NCBI GenBank assembly: GCA_964453755.1
Contig: CAYVPL010000001.1
Span: 1 to 39,524, forward strand
Reading direction: 5' to 3'
DNA length: 39,524 bases
Origin: an uncultured Planctomycetales bacterium
Lineage (GTDB): Bacteria; Planctomycetota; UBA1135
A model generated the notes under the pieces. It was not told where the DNA came from and did not search any database. It saw nothing but the letters and a program-made list of their open reading frames with translations. A program made the position numbers and the translations under genes. Numbering within the stretch: position 1 is the stretch's first letter; the number at the start of each line of letters is the position of its first letter. Below, in pieces: positions 17,279-26,956 of the stretch.

Positions 17279-18261
17279 AGCCGGACCTCCAGCAGATCCT
17301 GCACGTCCACCAGACCGACGACGCGGCGCGTGCCGTCCGCCACCACCGGCAATTGGTCGATGTGCGTGTCGCGCACGATGCGCAGCACGTCGCCCACCAG
17401 CATGCCGCCTTCGATGCTGCGCGGCGCGCGCGCCATGTGCAGGTCCACCGGCTCGTCGAGCGGCAGCACGCCGGAGCTGGCGAGCCGGCGCAGGTCGCCG
17501 TCGGTGAAGATCCCGCGCAGCTCGCCTTGGTCATCGATGACAATCGCGGCGCCCGGACGCCCGGGCGTGCCGGTCATGACCTGCAGCGCCGCGCGCAGCG
17601 TCGAGCCGGCGCGCAAGAGCGGCACCATCTCGCCGGTGCGCATCATTTCGCCGACGCGCATCAGCTGCTTGCCGAGCGCCCCGGCCGGATGGAAGCGCGC
17701 GAATTCCTCGCGCGTGAATTCGCGGCCCTCGAGCACCGCCATCGCCAGCGCGTCGCCGAGCCCCAGCATCATGGTGGTGCTGACGGTGGGTGAGAGGCCG
17801 AGCGGGCAGGCTTCGGGCGTGTCGCCCATCTCGATCACCACGTCGGCGTGATGGCCGAGCGGCGAGTCCGCGGTGCCGCAGATGGCGACCAGCCGCGCGC
17901 CGATCGCGCGCACCGCCGGCACCAGTTGCAGCATCTCGCGCGTGGCGCCGCTCTTCGAGAGTGCCAGCACCAGGTCTTCCGGCCGCACGCGCCCCAGATC
18001 GCCGTGCACCGCTTCGGCGGGATGCAGAAAGTGGCTGGGCGTGCCGGTGCTGGCGAAGGTGGCGGAGATCTTCTGCCCGATCAAGCCCGCCTTGCCCATG
18101 CCGCTGACGACGACGGCGCCCTTGCAGTCGAGTACCAGGCGGCAGGCGCGCTGGAAGGAATCTCCCAGGCGGCCGGTGAGGGCCTGCAGGGCCTCCGCCT
18201 CCAGGCGCAGCACCTCGAGGCCGCGGGCCAGGGCGCGATCTGGATCCAGGATCTTGGACAT
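17275..18261 (-). CDS. kdsD: Arabinose-5-phosphate isomerase (SIS + tandem CBS)
   Basis: 328 aa with VVVSGMGKAGLIGQKISATFASTGTPSHFLHPAEAVHGDLG (SIS) and a C-terminal CBS pair. Confidence 0.9.
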   Translation of the reverse strand: MSKILDPDRALARGLEVLRLEAEALQALTGRLGDSFQRACRLVLDCKGAVVVSGMGKAGLIGQKISATFASTGTPSHFLHPAEAVHGDLGRVRPEDLVLALSKSGATREMLQLVPAVRAIGARLVAICGTADSPLGHHADVVIEMGDTPEACPLGLSPTVSTTMMLGLGDALAMAVLEGREFTREEFARFHPAGALGKQLMRVGEMMRTGEMVPLLRAGSTLRAALQVMTGTPGRPGAAIVIDDQGELRGIFTDGDLRRLASSGVLPLDEPVDLHMARAPRSIEGGMLVGDVLRIVRDTHIDQLPVVADGTRRVVGLVDVQDLLEVRL

Positions 18262-18329
18262 GAAGGATGTGGCAGCGGGGCCGAGATCCTATTGTAGAGA
18301 GAAGGGCGGTGGCCCAGAATTCAGCATTC

Positions 18330-18998
18330 ATGGAACCGTTCGTCATCGCCGGGGTCATCGCGGTCGTGATCTTGGCCGTCACCGTGCACGAGTCGGCCCA
18401 CGCGCTCGTGGCCGACCGCCTCGGGGACCCGACGGCGCGGGCCCTGGGCCGGATCACCCTCAATCCGATCCCGCACATCGACCTGTTCGCGACCATCCTG
18501 CTGCCGGGATTCCTGCTGCTGATGGGCTCGCCCATCCTGTTCGGCGGGGCCAAGCCGGTGCCGGTGATTTTCGGCAACTTGCGCCACCCTTGGCGCGACA
18601 TGGCGCTGGTGGCGCTCGCGGGCCCGGTCAGCAACCTGCTCCAGGCCACTTTCTGGGCCGGACTCCTTTCTCTGCTCCTGCATTCCGGCATGTGGCAGGC
18701 CGAGTCGGCCGGAGTGAAGATTCTGCAGTGGGGCATCGTTTTCAACGTGACGCTGACCATCCTGAATTTGATGCCGATCCCCCCCCTCGACGGCTCGCGC
18801 GTCATGGCCTACGTGCTGCCGGCCGAAGCCCGCCGCGCCTACGTCTCCCTGGAGTCCTTCGGCCTGTTCCTGATCTTCGGCCTGCTGTTCTTCGTGCCGG
18901 CCTTCGGGAACCTGCTGACGGGCGGCACCGCCTTTCTCGGCAACCTGGTCGCGGATCTGACGCGCCTGCCGATCACCTGGGTGCCCTTCCGCGGGTGA
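18330..18998 (+). CDS. Site-2 protease family (M50) membrane metalloprotease
   Basis: Starts at the ATG at 18330. Contains HESAHAL (HExxH), multiple TM segments and NLMPIPPLDGSRV. Confidence 0.85.
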   Translation: MEPFVIAGVIAVVILAVTVHESAHALVADRLGDPTARALGRITLNPIPHIDLFATILLPGFLLLMGSPILFGGAKPVPVIFGNLRHPWRDMALVALAGPVSNLLQATFWAGLLSLLLHSGMWQAESAGVKILQWGIVFNVTLTILNLMPIPPLDGSRVMAYVLPAEARRAYVSLESFGLFLIFGLLFFVPAFGNLLTGGTAFLGNLVADLTRLPITWVPFRG

Positions 18999-19036
18999 TT
19001 GACTCCCGGCCCCTTGCGCGCGATCCTTCCACATCC

Positions 19037-19975
19037 ATGATCGAGCCCGCGGACCCTGAAATCCTGCCGCCCTCCCGGCCCGTGCCCGAGGCCGCGCCGG
19101 ACGCGGAGGCCGAGGACCGCCCGGACGTCGGGTTCACCATCCACCTGGAGCGGGTTTTCCACGGCCCGCTGGACCTGCTGCTCCAGCTGGTGCGCGAGAA
19201 GGAGCTGGAAATCCACGTCGTCGCGCTGACCGACGTCTGCGACGCCTACTGCCAGCACGTGCGCAGCCTGGACAGCGTGGACGTGGACGAGGCCGCGGAC
19301 TATCTGGTGATCGCCGCCACGCTGCTGGCCATCAAGAGCCGCTCGCTGCTGCCGCAGGAAGAGATCGAAACCGAGGAAGACCTCTTCGATCCCGGCGAAG
19401 AATTGGTGCAGCAGCTGCTGGCCTACAAGGAGTTGCGGCGGGTGACCGACGAAATGGCTGCGCGGCGCGACGCGCGCGCGCTGCTGCTGCCGGCCGGCGG
19501 CCGCTGGCTGGGCCGCCTGACCGAGACCGACGACGGCGAGCCTGCGCCGGCCGAGCAGGAGTTCGATCTCGGCGACGTCTCGGTCTGGGACCTCTTCCGC
19601 GTGATCGCTCAACTGGAAACTGAAACCGGCTTCCTGCGCCCGCACCGCGTGCGCCAGATGGGCCGGCCGCTGCGCGCCTACGTGGAAGAATTGTGGCTGC
19701 GCCTGCAGGAAGTGCCGTCCACGACCTGGCGCGCCCTGATGCAGGATCTGCGCGCCCGGCGCGGCGATGCGGCTTACACCCTGGTGGCCCTCCTGGAATT
19801 GGCCAAACAGCAGCAGGTGGATCTGCAGCAGGACGCGCCCTTCTCCGACGTGCAGGTGCGGCGCCTCGACGGGGCCGGCGCCCTGGCGCTGGAGGAGTTG
19901 GACGGCGCCTTCGACCAGCCGCAAGTGGGCGTCGAGGCCGAGGTTGAGGACCTGCTGGGCGAAAATCCGCTGTAG
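19037..19975 (+). CDS. scpA: Segregation and condensation protein A
   Basis: Comprises the last 312 aa of the 700-aa track ORF, from the ATG at 19037. Contains FHGPLDLLLQLVREKELEIHVVALTDVCDAY...AADYLVIAATLLAIKSRSLLP. Confidence 0.88.
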   Translation: MIEPADPEILPPSRPVPEAAPDAEAEDRPDVGFTIHLERVFHGPLDLLLQLVREKELEIHVVALTDVCDAYCQHVRSLDSVDVDEAADYLVIAATLLAIKSRSLLPQEEIETEEDLFDPGEELVQQLLAYKELRRVTDEMAARRDARALLLPAGGRWLGRLTETDDGEPAPAEQEFDLGDVSVWDLFRVIAQLETETGFLRPHRVRQMGRPLRAYVEELWLRLQEVPSTTWRALMQDLRARRGDAAYTLVALLELAKQQQVDLQQDAPFSDVQVRRLDGAGALALEELDGAFDQPQVGVEAEVEDLLGENPL

Positions 19976-20071
19976 TCGGGAAAGCGGCCCCGCGTGCCTG
20001 AGGGCTGCGCCGAACAAGTCATTCCGCCCCGGACGCGGCCCTCGCGCCCGATCTCGGCGTCGCCGGAACCC

Positions 20072-20093
20072 GCGCCTATTGACCAATAGGCGC
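20072..20093. repeat. Perfect inverted repeat GCGCCTATTG-AC-CAATAGGCGC (candidate operator)
   Basis: 10-nt arms with a 2-nt spacer in the 236-nt scpA-trxA intergenic region, about 120 nt upstream of the trxA ATG. There is no T-tract, so it is not a classical terminator. Confidence 0.45.
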
Positions 20094-20211
20094 AGAACCC
20101 GGCTCCTTGATCTCGGCCGCGATGACTCGCGCCGGGACGAAAGCACTTGTTCAGCGCAGCCTTAGAATGCCGAAAGCAGTCACAACTGCACCTCTCCAGC
20201 GAAACCCCGTC

Positions 20212-20535
20212 ATGTCCCAAGTCCTCGAAGTCACCGACACCTCCTTCGACGCTGAAGTCAAGCAGAGCAGCCTGCCCGTCCTCGTGGATTTCTGGGCGCC
20301 TTGGTGCGGCCCCTGCCGGGCCATGGGCCCGACCGTGGACAAAGTCGCGCAGGAGTTGGGCGGCAAACTGAAGGTCGTGAAGCACAACACGCAAGACCAT
20401 CCGGACACGGCTTCGACGCTCGGCGTGATGGCCATCCCCTGCTTCGTGGTCTTCAAGGGCGGCAAGGAAGTCGCCCGCCACACGGGCGGCATGGCCTACC
20501 CGCAGTTCAAGGCCTTCGTCGAATCCAACCTGTAG
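20212..20535 (+). CDS. trxA: Thioredoxin
   Basis: 107 aa from the ATG at 20212, with VLVDFWAPWCGPCR and MAIPCFVVFKGG. Confidence 0.92.
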   Translation: MSQVLEVTDTSFDAEVKQSSLPVLVDFWAPWCGPCRAMGPTVDKVAQELGGKLKVVKHNTQDHPDTASTLGVMAIPCFVVFKGGKEVARHTGGMAYPQFKAFVESNL

Positions 20536-20539
20536 TAGA

Positions 20540-21529
20540 TTGACTCTGGGCGCCCTGGGCCTGCGCCTCGTCTTCGTCGGATCGCCGCCCTTCGGGGAGC
20601 AGCCTTTTGCGGCAGTGCTGGCCTCCCGGCACGAGACCGTCGGCCTGGTGACCGCGCCGCCGGCGCGCGCCGGCCGCGGCCGCGCGCCGAGCGTGAACCC
20701 GCTGGCCGAGGAAGCGCAGCGCCGCGGCCTGGCCCTGCTCCAGCCGGAATCGGCGCGGGCGCCGGAATTTCTTGCCCAATTCGCCGCCCTGCGCCCCGAT
20801 CTCGCGCTCGTCGTGGCCTACGGCCAGATTCTGCCGCCTGCCTTTCTCGCCACGCCGCGGCTCGGCTGCGTGAATCTTCACGGCTCTCTGCTGCCGCGCT
20901 GGCGCGGCGCCAGCCCGGTGCAGGCCGCGATTCTCGCCGGCGATGCGGAGACCGGCGTCTGCCTGCAGCGCGTCGTGGCGGAATTGGACGCCGGCGCGGT
21001 GCTGGGGCGCCGCGCCACGCCGATTGCCGCCGGCGAGACGGCGCCTGAACTGCAAGCGCGGCTGGCGGAGCTGGGCGCGCGCCTGCTGCGCGAATTCCTC
21101 GACGGTCTGACGCCGGACCTTGCCGCGCTGCCGCACGGCGAAGCGCAAGATCCGGCGCGGGTCACGCACTGCCGCAAGATTCGCAAGGAGTATGCCGCCC
21201 TCGACTGGACGCGGCCCGCCGCGGAGCTCGAGCGTTTCGTGCGCGCCATGGCCGGCTGGCCGGTGGCCCGCACGCATTTGCCGGACGGCGGCGTGCTGCT
21301 GGTGCACCGCGCGCGCGCGATCGCGCCGTCGGCGAGCGCGGCGCCCGGCACTCTGCTCGAGCTCGGAGCGGAAATGCTGGTGGCCTGCGGCGAAGGCGCG
21401 CTGGCGATCCAGGAGGCCCAGCGCGAGGGGCGCGCGCGGCTGAGCGCCGCGGAGCTCGCGCGGGGCGCGCGTCTGCAGGCCGGCGAGCGGCTCGGCGTGT
21501 ATCCTGGTTCGGCCGATTCGAAGACATGA
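20540..21529 (+). CDS. fmt: Methionyl-tRNA formyltransferase
   Basis: TTG start. Contains LVFVGSPPF...[30 protein letters not shown]. Confidence 0.9.
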   Translation: MTLGALGLRLVFVGSPPFGEQPFAAVLASRHETVGLVTAPPARAGRGRAPSVNPLAEEAQRRGLALLQPESARAPEFLAQFAALRPDLALVVAYGQILPPAFLATPRLGCVNLHGSLLPRWRGASPVQAAILAGDAETGVCLQRVVAELDAGAVLGRRATPIAAGETAPELQARLAELGARLLREFLDGLTPDLAALPHGEAQDPARVTHCRKIRKEYAALDWTRPAAELERFVRAMAGWPVARTHLPDGGVLLVHRARAIAPSASAAPGTLLELGAEMLVACGEGALAIQEAQREGRARLSAAELARGARLQAGERLGVYPGSADSKT

Positions 21530-21999
21530 AGATCCTGATGTTGCTCGTCATTCTGGCCGCCGTCGCGGGCGGACTGTGGTATTTGCACGATCAGCACGGC
21601 CTCGGCTACATCAAACTCAGTTTCGGCGACGAGGAGGCGCCAGCGGCGGCCGCGAGCGCGCAGGGCTGGCAGCCACCCGCCATGCCCGTCGCGCAGCCGC
21701 TGGCCGTCGGCGTGGTGACGATGCGCTGGATGCAGGACGAGCGCTGGGTGCGGGGCGTGGAGAGCGGCGAAAAGGGCGTGGCGCTGATCGAACTGGCCTA
21801 TCGCGAGCACTTCGACGTCAAAGGCGATCCTTTCTTGTTTCGCGCGCGCAAGGAGGAAGCGGGGACGCTGCTCGCGCAGGCGGTGGCCGACATGACGTCG
21901 CTGAAGGAGAGCTACGCGGACAATCCCGCGGCGCTGCTGGACATCAATCCGCTGCTGCGCAAGTACGCGGATGGTCAGACCAAGACGCCGCGGCGCTGA
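21526..21999 (+). CDS. Small membrane-anchored hypothetical protein (157 aa)
   Basis: ATGA overlap with the fmt stop. Has an N-terminal TM helix ([18 protein letters not shown]) and protein-like composition. Confidence 0.6.
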   Translation: MKILMLLVILAAVAGGLWYLHDQHGLGYIKLSFGDEEAPAAAASAQGWQPPAMPVAQPLAVGVVTMRWMQDERWVRGVESGEKGVALIELAYREHFDVKGDPFLFRARKEEAGTLLAQAVADMTSLKESYADNPAALLDINPLLRKYADGQTKTPRR

Positions 22000-22004
22000 C
22001 GAGC

Positions 22005-22820
22005 ATGGTGCTCCTCGGCTACAACTCGAACGGCTTCGCGCACCATCGGCTGGACGAAGCACTGCCCTTGCTCGCCGAATGGGGGTATCGCGCGGTGGCG
22101 ATCACGCCCGACGTCGGGCATCTGGATCCGCGTTCCAGCGCCGAGACCGAGGTGGCCGCAGTCGGCGCGCTGTGCCGACGGCTCGGATTGACGGTAGTGA
22201 TGGAAAGCGGCGCGCGCTTCACGCTCGACGCGCGGCGCAAGCACCGGCCCAATTTGCTGGAGCCGGACGATTCCTGGCGCGAGCGCCTGCGCCTGCTGCA
22301 GACCTTGCTGCGCTGGTGCCCCGCGCTCGGCGCGCGCGTGCTGTCCTTCTGGAGCGGCGCGCTGCCGCCGGGCCAGAGCGCAGCGGGCGCGCGCGATCGG
22401 CTGCGCGCCGCCGCCGACGCGCTGGCCCCGGAGGCGGCGCAGTTGGGCGTGACGCTGGCCCTCGAACCCGAGCCGGGGCATTTCATCGCCACCTTGGACG
22501 ACTACGCCGCGCTCGCCGAAGAGCGTCTGCATCTCACGCTCGACGTCGGCCATCTGCTCGTCAACGACCGCCACGATCCCGAATCCGCGGTGCGCGCGTT
22601 CGGCGCGCGCATCGCCGGCGTGCAGTTGGACGACATGATGCCCGGCGTGCACGATCACAAGGCGCCGGGCGAAGGACGCGTGGATTGGCTCGCGGTGCGC
22701 CGCGCCTGCGCCGCGCTGCCCGCGAACGTGCCGGCCTGCTTCGAACTGTCGCGCGATTCGCACCGCTTCCACGAACTGGCCCCGCGCGCCCTCGCGCACT
22801 GGCAAGGCCTGGGTGCCTGA
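22005..22820 (+). CDS. Sugar phosphate isomerase/epimerase (xylose isomerase-like TIM barrel)
   Basis: 271 aa from the ATG at 22005. Contains LGYNSNGF...[10 protein letters not shown]...LDVGH, typical of AP_endonuc_2/TIM-barrel proteins. Confidence 0.75.
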   Translation: MVLLGYNSNGFAHHRLDEALPLLAEWGYRAVAITPDVGHLDPRSSAETEVAAVGALCRRLGLTVVMESGARFTLDARRKHRPNLLEPDDSWRERLRLLQTLLRWCPALGARVLSFWSGALPPGQSAAGARDRLRAAADALAPEAAQLGVTLALEPEPGHFIATLDDYAALAEERLHLTLDVGHLLVNDRHDPESAVRAFGARIAGVQLDDMMPGVHDHKAPGEGRVDWLAVRRACAALPANVPACFELSRDSHRFHELAPRALAHWQGLGA

Positions 22821-22823
22821 GCG

Positions 22824-24116
22824 ATGAACGAAATCCGGCCGTCTGCGCCGATCCAGCGCTTCACGAAGCCGATCCAGCAGTTCCTGCACGTCGAAGCGGC
22901 ATCGGGCGTGGTGCTGGCGGTCTGCGCCGCAGTCGCGTTGATCGCCGCGAATTCGCCCTGGTCGGACGCCTGGGCGCGCCTGTGGGACACGCGGCTCGTG
23001 CTGGGCGTCGGCCAGCTCGTGCTGGATTATCCGCTCTGGTACTGGATCAACGACGCTTTGATGGCGCTGTTTTTCTTTCTCGTCGGTCTCGAGATCAAGC
23101 GCGAACTCGTGCTCGGAGAATTGCGCGAGCCGTCGGCGCGCGCGCTGCCGGTGGCCGCGGCGATTGGCGGAGCCGCCGTGCCCGCGCTCATCTACCTGAC
23201 CTTTCATCATTCCGGACCTGCTTCGCGCGGCTGGGGCGTGCCGATGGCGACGGACATCGCCTTCGTGGTCGGACTGCTGGCGCTCTTTGGGCGGCGCGTG
23301 CCGCCGGCCTTGAAGCTGTTCCTGCTGTCCCTCGCCATCGTCGACGACCTGCTCGCGGTGGTGATCATCGCACTCTTCTATTCCGACGGCCTGAATGGGC
23401 AGATGCTGGGACTGGCAGGACTTTGCTTCTTCGGCATGGTCGTCATGCGCGCGGTCGGCGTGCGCGCGCTGTTGGCATACTGGATCGCCGGCGGCGCGGT
23501 CTGGCTTTGCACCTTGAAATCGGGATTGCACCCGACCGTCGCGGGCGTGGCGCTCGGCTTGCTGACCCCGGTGCGGCCGCTGCTGCCTTTGCCCGCGGTG
23601 GAGGGGCTGCTGCGCTCGACCGGGGAGCGGCTGGCCCGCGCGCGCGGCAAGGAGAAGGCGCAGTTGGTGAGCGAATCCGCCGCGTTGTTAAACGAGGCGG
23701 TTTCTCCGGTGCGCCGGTTGGAAGAGAAGCTGCACCCGTGGGTAGCCTTCGGCATCATGCCGCTGTTCGCGTTGGCCAACGCGGGCGTGCCGATCGCGGC
23801 GCATTCGCTGCTCGATCCGGTCGCCGTGGTGATCGCCGTCGCGCTGGTCGTGGGCAAGCCGCTCGGCATCCTGCTGGCGGCCGCCGCGGCGCTGCGCATC
23901 GTCGGCGGCCGTCTCCCCGAGGGCTTGAACTGGCGCATCCTGATCGCCGGATCCTGTCTTGGCGGCGTCGGCTTCACGATGTCTCTGTTCATCGCCGGCT
24001 TGGGCCTGCCCGCCGAATTCCTGGTCGCCGGCAAGTGCGGCGTCTTGTTCGGCTCGCTGGTGGCCGGCGCGTTGGGATGCTGGATGCTGTCCAGGAGCTT
24101 GCCTCGCAATGTCTGA
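22824..24116 (+). CDS. nhaA: Na+/H+ antiporter NhaA
   Basis: 430 aa with WINDALMALFFFLVGLEIKRE and ATDIAF motifs and about 12 TM segments. Confidence 0.9.
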   Translation: MNEIRPSAPIQRFTKPIQQFLHVEAASGVVLAVCAAVALIAANSPWSDAWARLWDTRLVLGVGQLVLDYPLWYWINDALMALFFFLVGLEIKRELVLGELREPSARALPVAAAIGGAAVPALIYLTFHHSGPASRGWGVPMATDIAFVVGLLALFGRRVPPALKLFLLSLAIVDDLLAVVIIALFYSDGLNGQMLGLAGLCFFGMVVMRAVGVRALLAYWIAGGAVWLCTLKSGLHPTVAGVALGLLTPVRPLLPLPAVEGLLRSTGERLARARGKEKAQLVSESAALLNEAVSPVRRLEEKLHPWVAFGIMPLFALANAGVPIAAHSLLDPVAVVIAVALVVGKPLGILLAAAAALRIVGGRLPEGLNWRILIAGSCLGGVGFTMSLFIAGLGLPAEFLVAGKCGVLFGSLVAGALGCWMLSRSLPRNV

Positions 24117-25815
24117 AGCGCACGCGCTCGGCGGACTGGCGCTGCTCTTCGGCGTCGCGGTGGCGCTGGTCGTGGTGCTGCACCGGCTGCGGCTGCCGCC
24201 CATCGCCGGCTTCCTGGTGGCCGGCGCGGTGGCCGGGCCGCAGGCGCTCGGCCTGATCGGCGAGCGCGTCGAGGTCGAACAGCTGGCGGAGCTCGGCGTG
24301 ATCGCGCTGCTGTTCGGCATCGGCCTCGAACTGCCGCTCAGCCGCGTGCAGCGCCTGTGGCGGCCGCTGCTGCTCGGCGGCGGCATGCAGATGGCGCTGA
24401 CGATGGCCGCGACCGCGGCGATCGCGCGCGCGCTGGGGCTGGAGTGGAGTCAGGCCTGGCTGGTCGGAGGCATGATCGCCGTGTCCAGCACGGCCATCGT
24501 GCTGCGCTCCCTGCAGGAAACCGGGCAAGTCGAAGCGCCGCACGGCCGCGCAACGCTCTCGATCTTGATCTTCCAAGATCTCAGCGTGGTGCCGCTGATG
24601 ATGCTGGTGCCCTTTCTGGCCGGGCGCGTGGAAGGCGCTTCCGGACTGCTCGCCAGCCTCGGGCGCGTGGCGCTGGTGCTGGCCGCAGCTCTGCTGCTGG
24701 GACGTCCGCTGGTGCGGCGCCTGCTGCGCGCGGTGGCCAAGACCAGACAGCAGAGTCTCTTCGTGCTCACTGTCCTGGCGATCTGCCTGGGCACCGCCTG
24801 GCTGGCGGGGCAAGCCGGCGTGTCGCTGGCGCTGGGCGCCTTCCTCGCCGGCATGGTGGTGGCCGAGAGCGAGTATCGCCATCAGGCCTTGTCAGACTTG
24901 ATTCCGTTCCGCGAAGCTTTCACCTCGCTGTTCTTCCTGTCCATCGGCATGCTGCTCGATCCGCGCGCGCTGGCCGCCGACTGGGCCAACACCGGCGCTC
25001 TGGCCGCGGCGATCATGGCCGGCAAGTTCGCATTGGTTCTGGCGCTGGGCGCTTGCATCCGATTGCCGTTCCGCGTCGTGCTGATGACGGCCTTCGCGCT
25101 GGCGCAGGCGGGGGAGTTCTCCTTCCTGCTGCTGGACGAAGCCAGCGGCGCCGGCTTGCTGGATCCGGCGCTCACGCAGCGCCTGCTGGCAGCCTCGATT
25201 CTGACCATGCTCGCCGCGCCCTTCATTCTGCGTTCGAGCCCCCGCGCCGTGGACGCTGCGGAGCGCTGGCGCTGGCTGACGCGCTGGTTCGCGCAGCCGG
25301 AGGCGGACGATCCGGACCAAGCCGGAGGCATGCGCGATCACGTGATCATCGGCGGCTACGGCCTCACCGGCCAGGAGTTGGCGCGCGTGCTGCAGGCGCG
25401 CGGCGTGCCGTTCGTGATCGCCGACCTCAATCCTGACAACGTGCGGCGCGCGCGCGCGGCCGGCCAGCGCGCGCTCTTCGGCGACGTCGCGAGCCCGACG
25501 GTGCTGGCGCAATTGGCTGCGGAGCACGCGCGCGAAATCGTGCTGGTGGTCAACGATCCCAACGCCGCCGAGCGGGCGATACGAGCCGTGCGCGCGATTG
25601 CGCCGCGCGCGCGCCTGGTGGTGCGCACGCCGCTCCTGGCCGACGTGGCGCCGATGCGCATGGCCGGCGCCAGCGAAGTGGTGCCGATGGAGCTCGAGAC
25701 CGCCGCCGAAGTGGTGGCGCGCATGATGCGCCATCGCGGCGCGCCCGAGACGGAAGTGCAGGAGGCGCTCAGCGAGCTGCACCGCCGCCACGGCTGCCCG
25801 AAACTGCCGGCCTAG
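24109..25815 (+). CDS. Kef-type monovalent cation:proton antiporter (CPA2) with C-terminal RCK/TrkA-N domain
   Basis: The ATG at 24109 overlaps the nhaA end by 8 nt. Contains PPIAGFLVAGAVAGP...ELGVIALLFGIGLE and a Rossmann-type segment HVIIGGYGLTGQELARVL. Confidence 0.85.
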   Translation: MSEAHALGGLALLFGVAVALVVVLHRLRLPPIAGFLVAGAVAGPQALGLIGERVEVEQLAELGVIALLFGIGLELPLSRVQRLWRPLLLGGGMQMALTMAATAAIARALGLEWSQAWLVGGMIAVSSTAIVLRSLQETGQVEAPHGRATLSILIFQDLSVVPLMMLVPFLAGRVEGASGLLASLGRVALVLAAALLLGRPLVRRLLRAVAKTRQQSLFVLTVLAICLGTAWLAGQAGVSLALGAFLAGMVVAESEYRHQALSDLIPFREAFTSLFFLSIGMLLDPRALAADWANTGALAAAIMAGKFALVLALGACIRLPFRVVLMTAFALAQAGEFSFLLLDEASGAGLLDPALTQRLLAASILTMLAAPFILRSSPRAVDAAERWRWLTRWFAQPEADDPDQAGGMRDHVIIGGYGLTGQELARVLQARGVPFVIADLNPDNVRRARAAGQRALFGDVASPTVLAQLAAEHAREIVLVVNDPNAAERAIRAVRAIAPRARLVVRTPLLADVAPMRMAGASEVVPMELETAAEVVARMMRHRGAPETEVQEALSELHRRHGCPKLPA

Positions 25816-26951
25816 ACTGCGGCGAGCGCGGCGCCGAGATCGGCGATCAGATCGTCGGCGTCTTCGATGCCCACCGACATGCGCACCAGGCCGTCGCCGA
25901 TGCCGAGCGCGGCGCGCTCCGCCGGCGCGAGCATCGCGTGCGAAGTCGCGACCGGTCGCGACATCAGGGTCTCCACGCCGCCCAGGCTGGGCGCGACGTA
26001 AGGGATTTTCACCGCGGCGAGAAAACGCTGCGCCGCGGAGCCGCCGCCGCGCAGGTCGAAGGCGAGCATGCCGCCGCAGCCGCGCAGCAGCGCATGAGCG
26101 CGCGCGTGATCGGGGTGGGAGGGCAGGCCGGGGTAATGGACCGCTGCCACCTGCGGCTGCCGCGCCAGCCATTCGGCGACGCGCTGCGCGCTGACGTTCT
26201 GGCGCTCGACGCGCAGCACCATGGTTTTGATGCCGCGCTCGAGCAGGAAACAGGCGTGAGGATCCAGCGAGGCGCCGAGGCGCCGGATGACTTTGGCCGC
26301 GCTGGCCACCAGCTCGCGTTTGCCGGCCAGCGCGCCGGCCACGAGATCGGTGTGACCGTTCAGGTACTTGGTGGCCGAATGATGAATCAAATCGAAACCG
26401 TGCGCGGCCGGCTGGAAGTTCACCGGCGAGGCGAAGGTGTTGTCAATGATGGAGACGATGCCGCGCGCGCGGCAAAAGGCGGCCACCGCCGTCAGGTCGG
26501 CGACGCGGCACAGCGGATTGGAGACGGTCTCGACCACGAAGCAGCGGGTTTCCGGGCGCATGGCTGCGGCCCAGGTCGCCGGCTGATGCGCGTCCACCAG
26601 CGTACAGGTGATGCCGTACTTGGGCAGTTCCTCGGTCAGCAGGATGTGAGTGCCGCCGTAGAGGCCCTGCGCGGCCAGCACGTGATCGCCGCCGCGGCAC
26701 AGGCCGAGCAGCGCCGCCGACATGGCCGCCATGCCGGTGGCCGCGACGACCGCGTCCTCCGCGGCTTCGAGCGCGGCGATGCGCGCGTGCAGCACCGCGT
26801 GGTTCGGCGAATTCTGATAGCGGCCGTAGGTGACTTCTGCCAGCCCGCCGGGACCGTCGTAATTGAAGGTGGCGGACTGGAAGATCGGCGTGATGACGGC
26901 GCCGGCATAGCCGGGGCGTTCCTCGCCGGCGTGCACCGCGTCGGTGGACAT
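25812..26951 (-). CDS. PLP-dependent Cys/Met-metabolism enzyme (cystathionine gamma-synthase/beta-lyase/methionine gamma-lyase family)
   Basis: 379 aa from the ATG at 26951. Contains HSATKYLNGHTD (the PLP lysine motif) and SLGGVETL. Confidence 0.85.
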   Translation of the reverse strand: MSTDAVHAGEERPGYAGAVITPIFQSATFNYDGPGGLAEVTYGRYQNSPNHAVLHARIAALEAAEDAVVAATGMAAMSAALLGLCRGGDHVLAAQGLYGGTHILLTEELPKYGITCTLVDAHQPATWAAAMRPETRCFVVETVSNPLCRVADLTAVAAFCRARGIVSIIDNTFASPVNFQPAAHGFDLIHHSATKYLNGHTDLVAGALAGKRELVASAAKVIRRLGASLDPHACFLLERGIKTMVLRVERQNVSAQRVAEWLARQPQVAAVHYPGLPSHPDHARAHALLRGCGGMLAFDLRGGGSAAQRFLAAVKIPYVAPSLGGVETLMSRPVATSHAMLAPAERAALGIGDGLVRMSVGIEDADDLIADLGAALAAV

Positions 26952-26956
26952 GCCGC

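Noticed and set aside
17873-19975. 700-aa plus-strand ORF
   Set aside because: Only the last 312 aa (from the ATG at 19037) are ScpA. The upstream part runs antisense through kdsD and in an alternate frame through the M50 protease gene.
20163-20168. TAGAAT -10-like hexamer upstream of trxA
   Set aside because: There is no acceptable -35 element at 16-18 nt spacing (TTGTTC lies only 10 nt away), so it is too weak to call a promoter.
21971-24256. 761-aa plus-strand ORF and the 518-aa minus-strand ORF (21975..23531) over the TIM-barrel and nhaA genes
   Set aside because: Both are extremely Arg-rich and low in complexity. The alternative plus frames give a TIM-barrel protein and a textbook NhaA.
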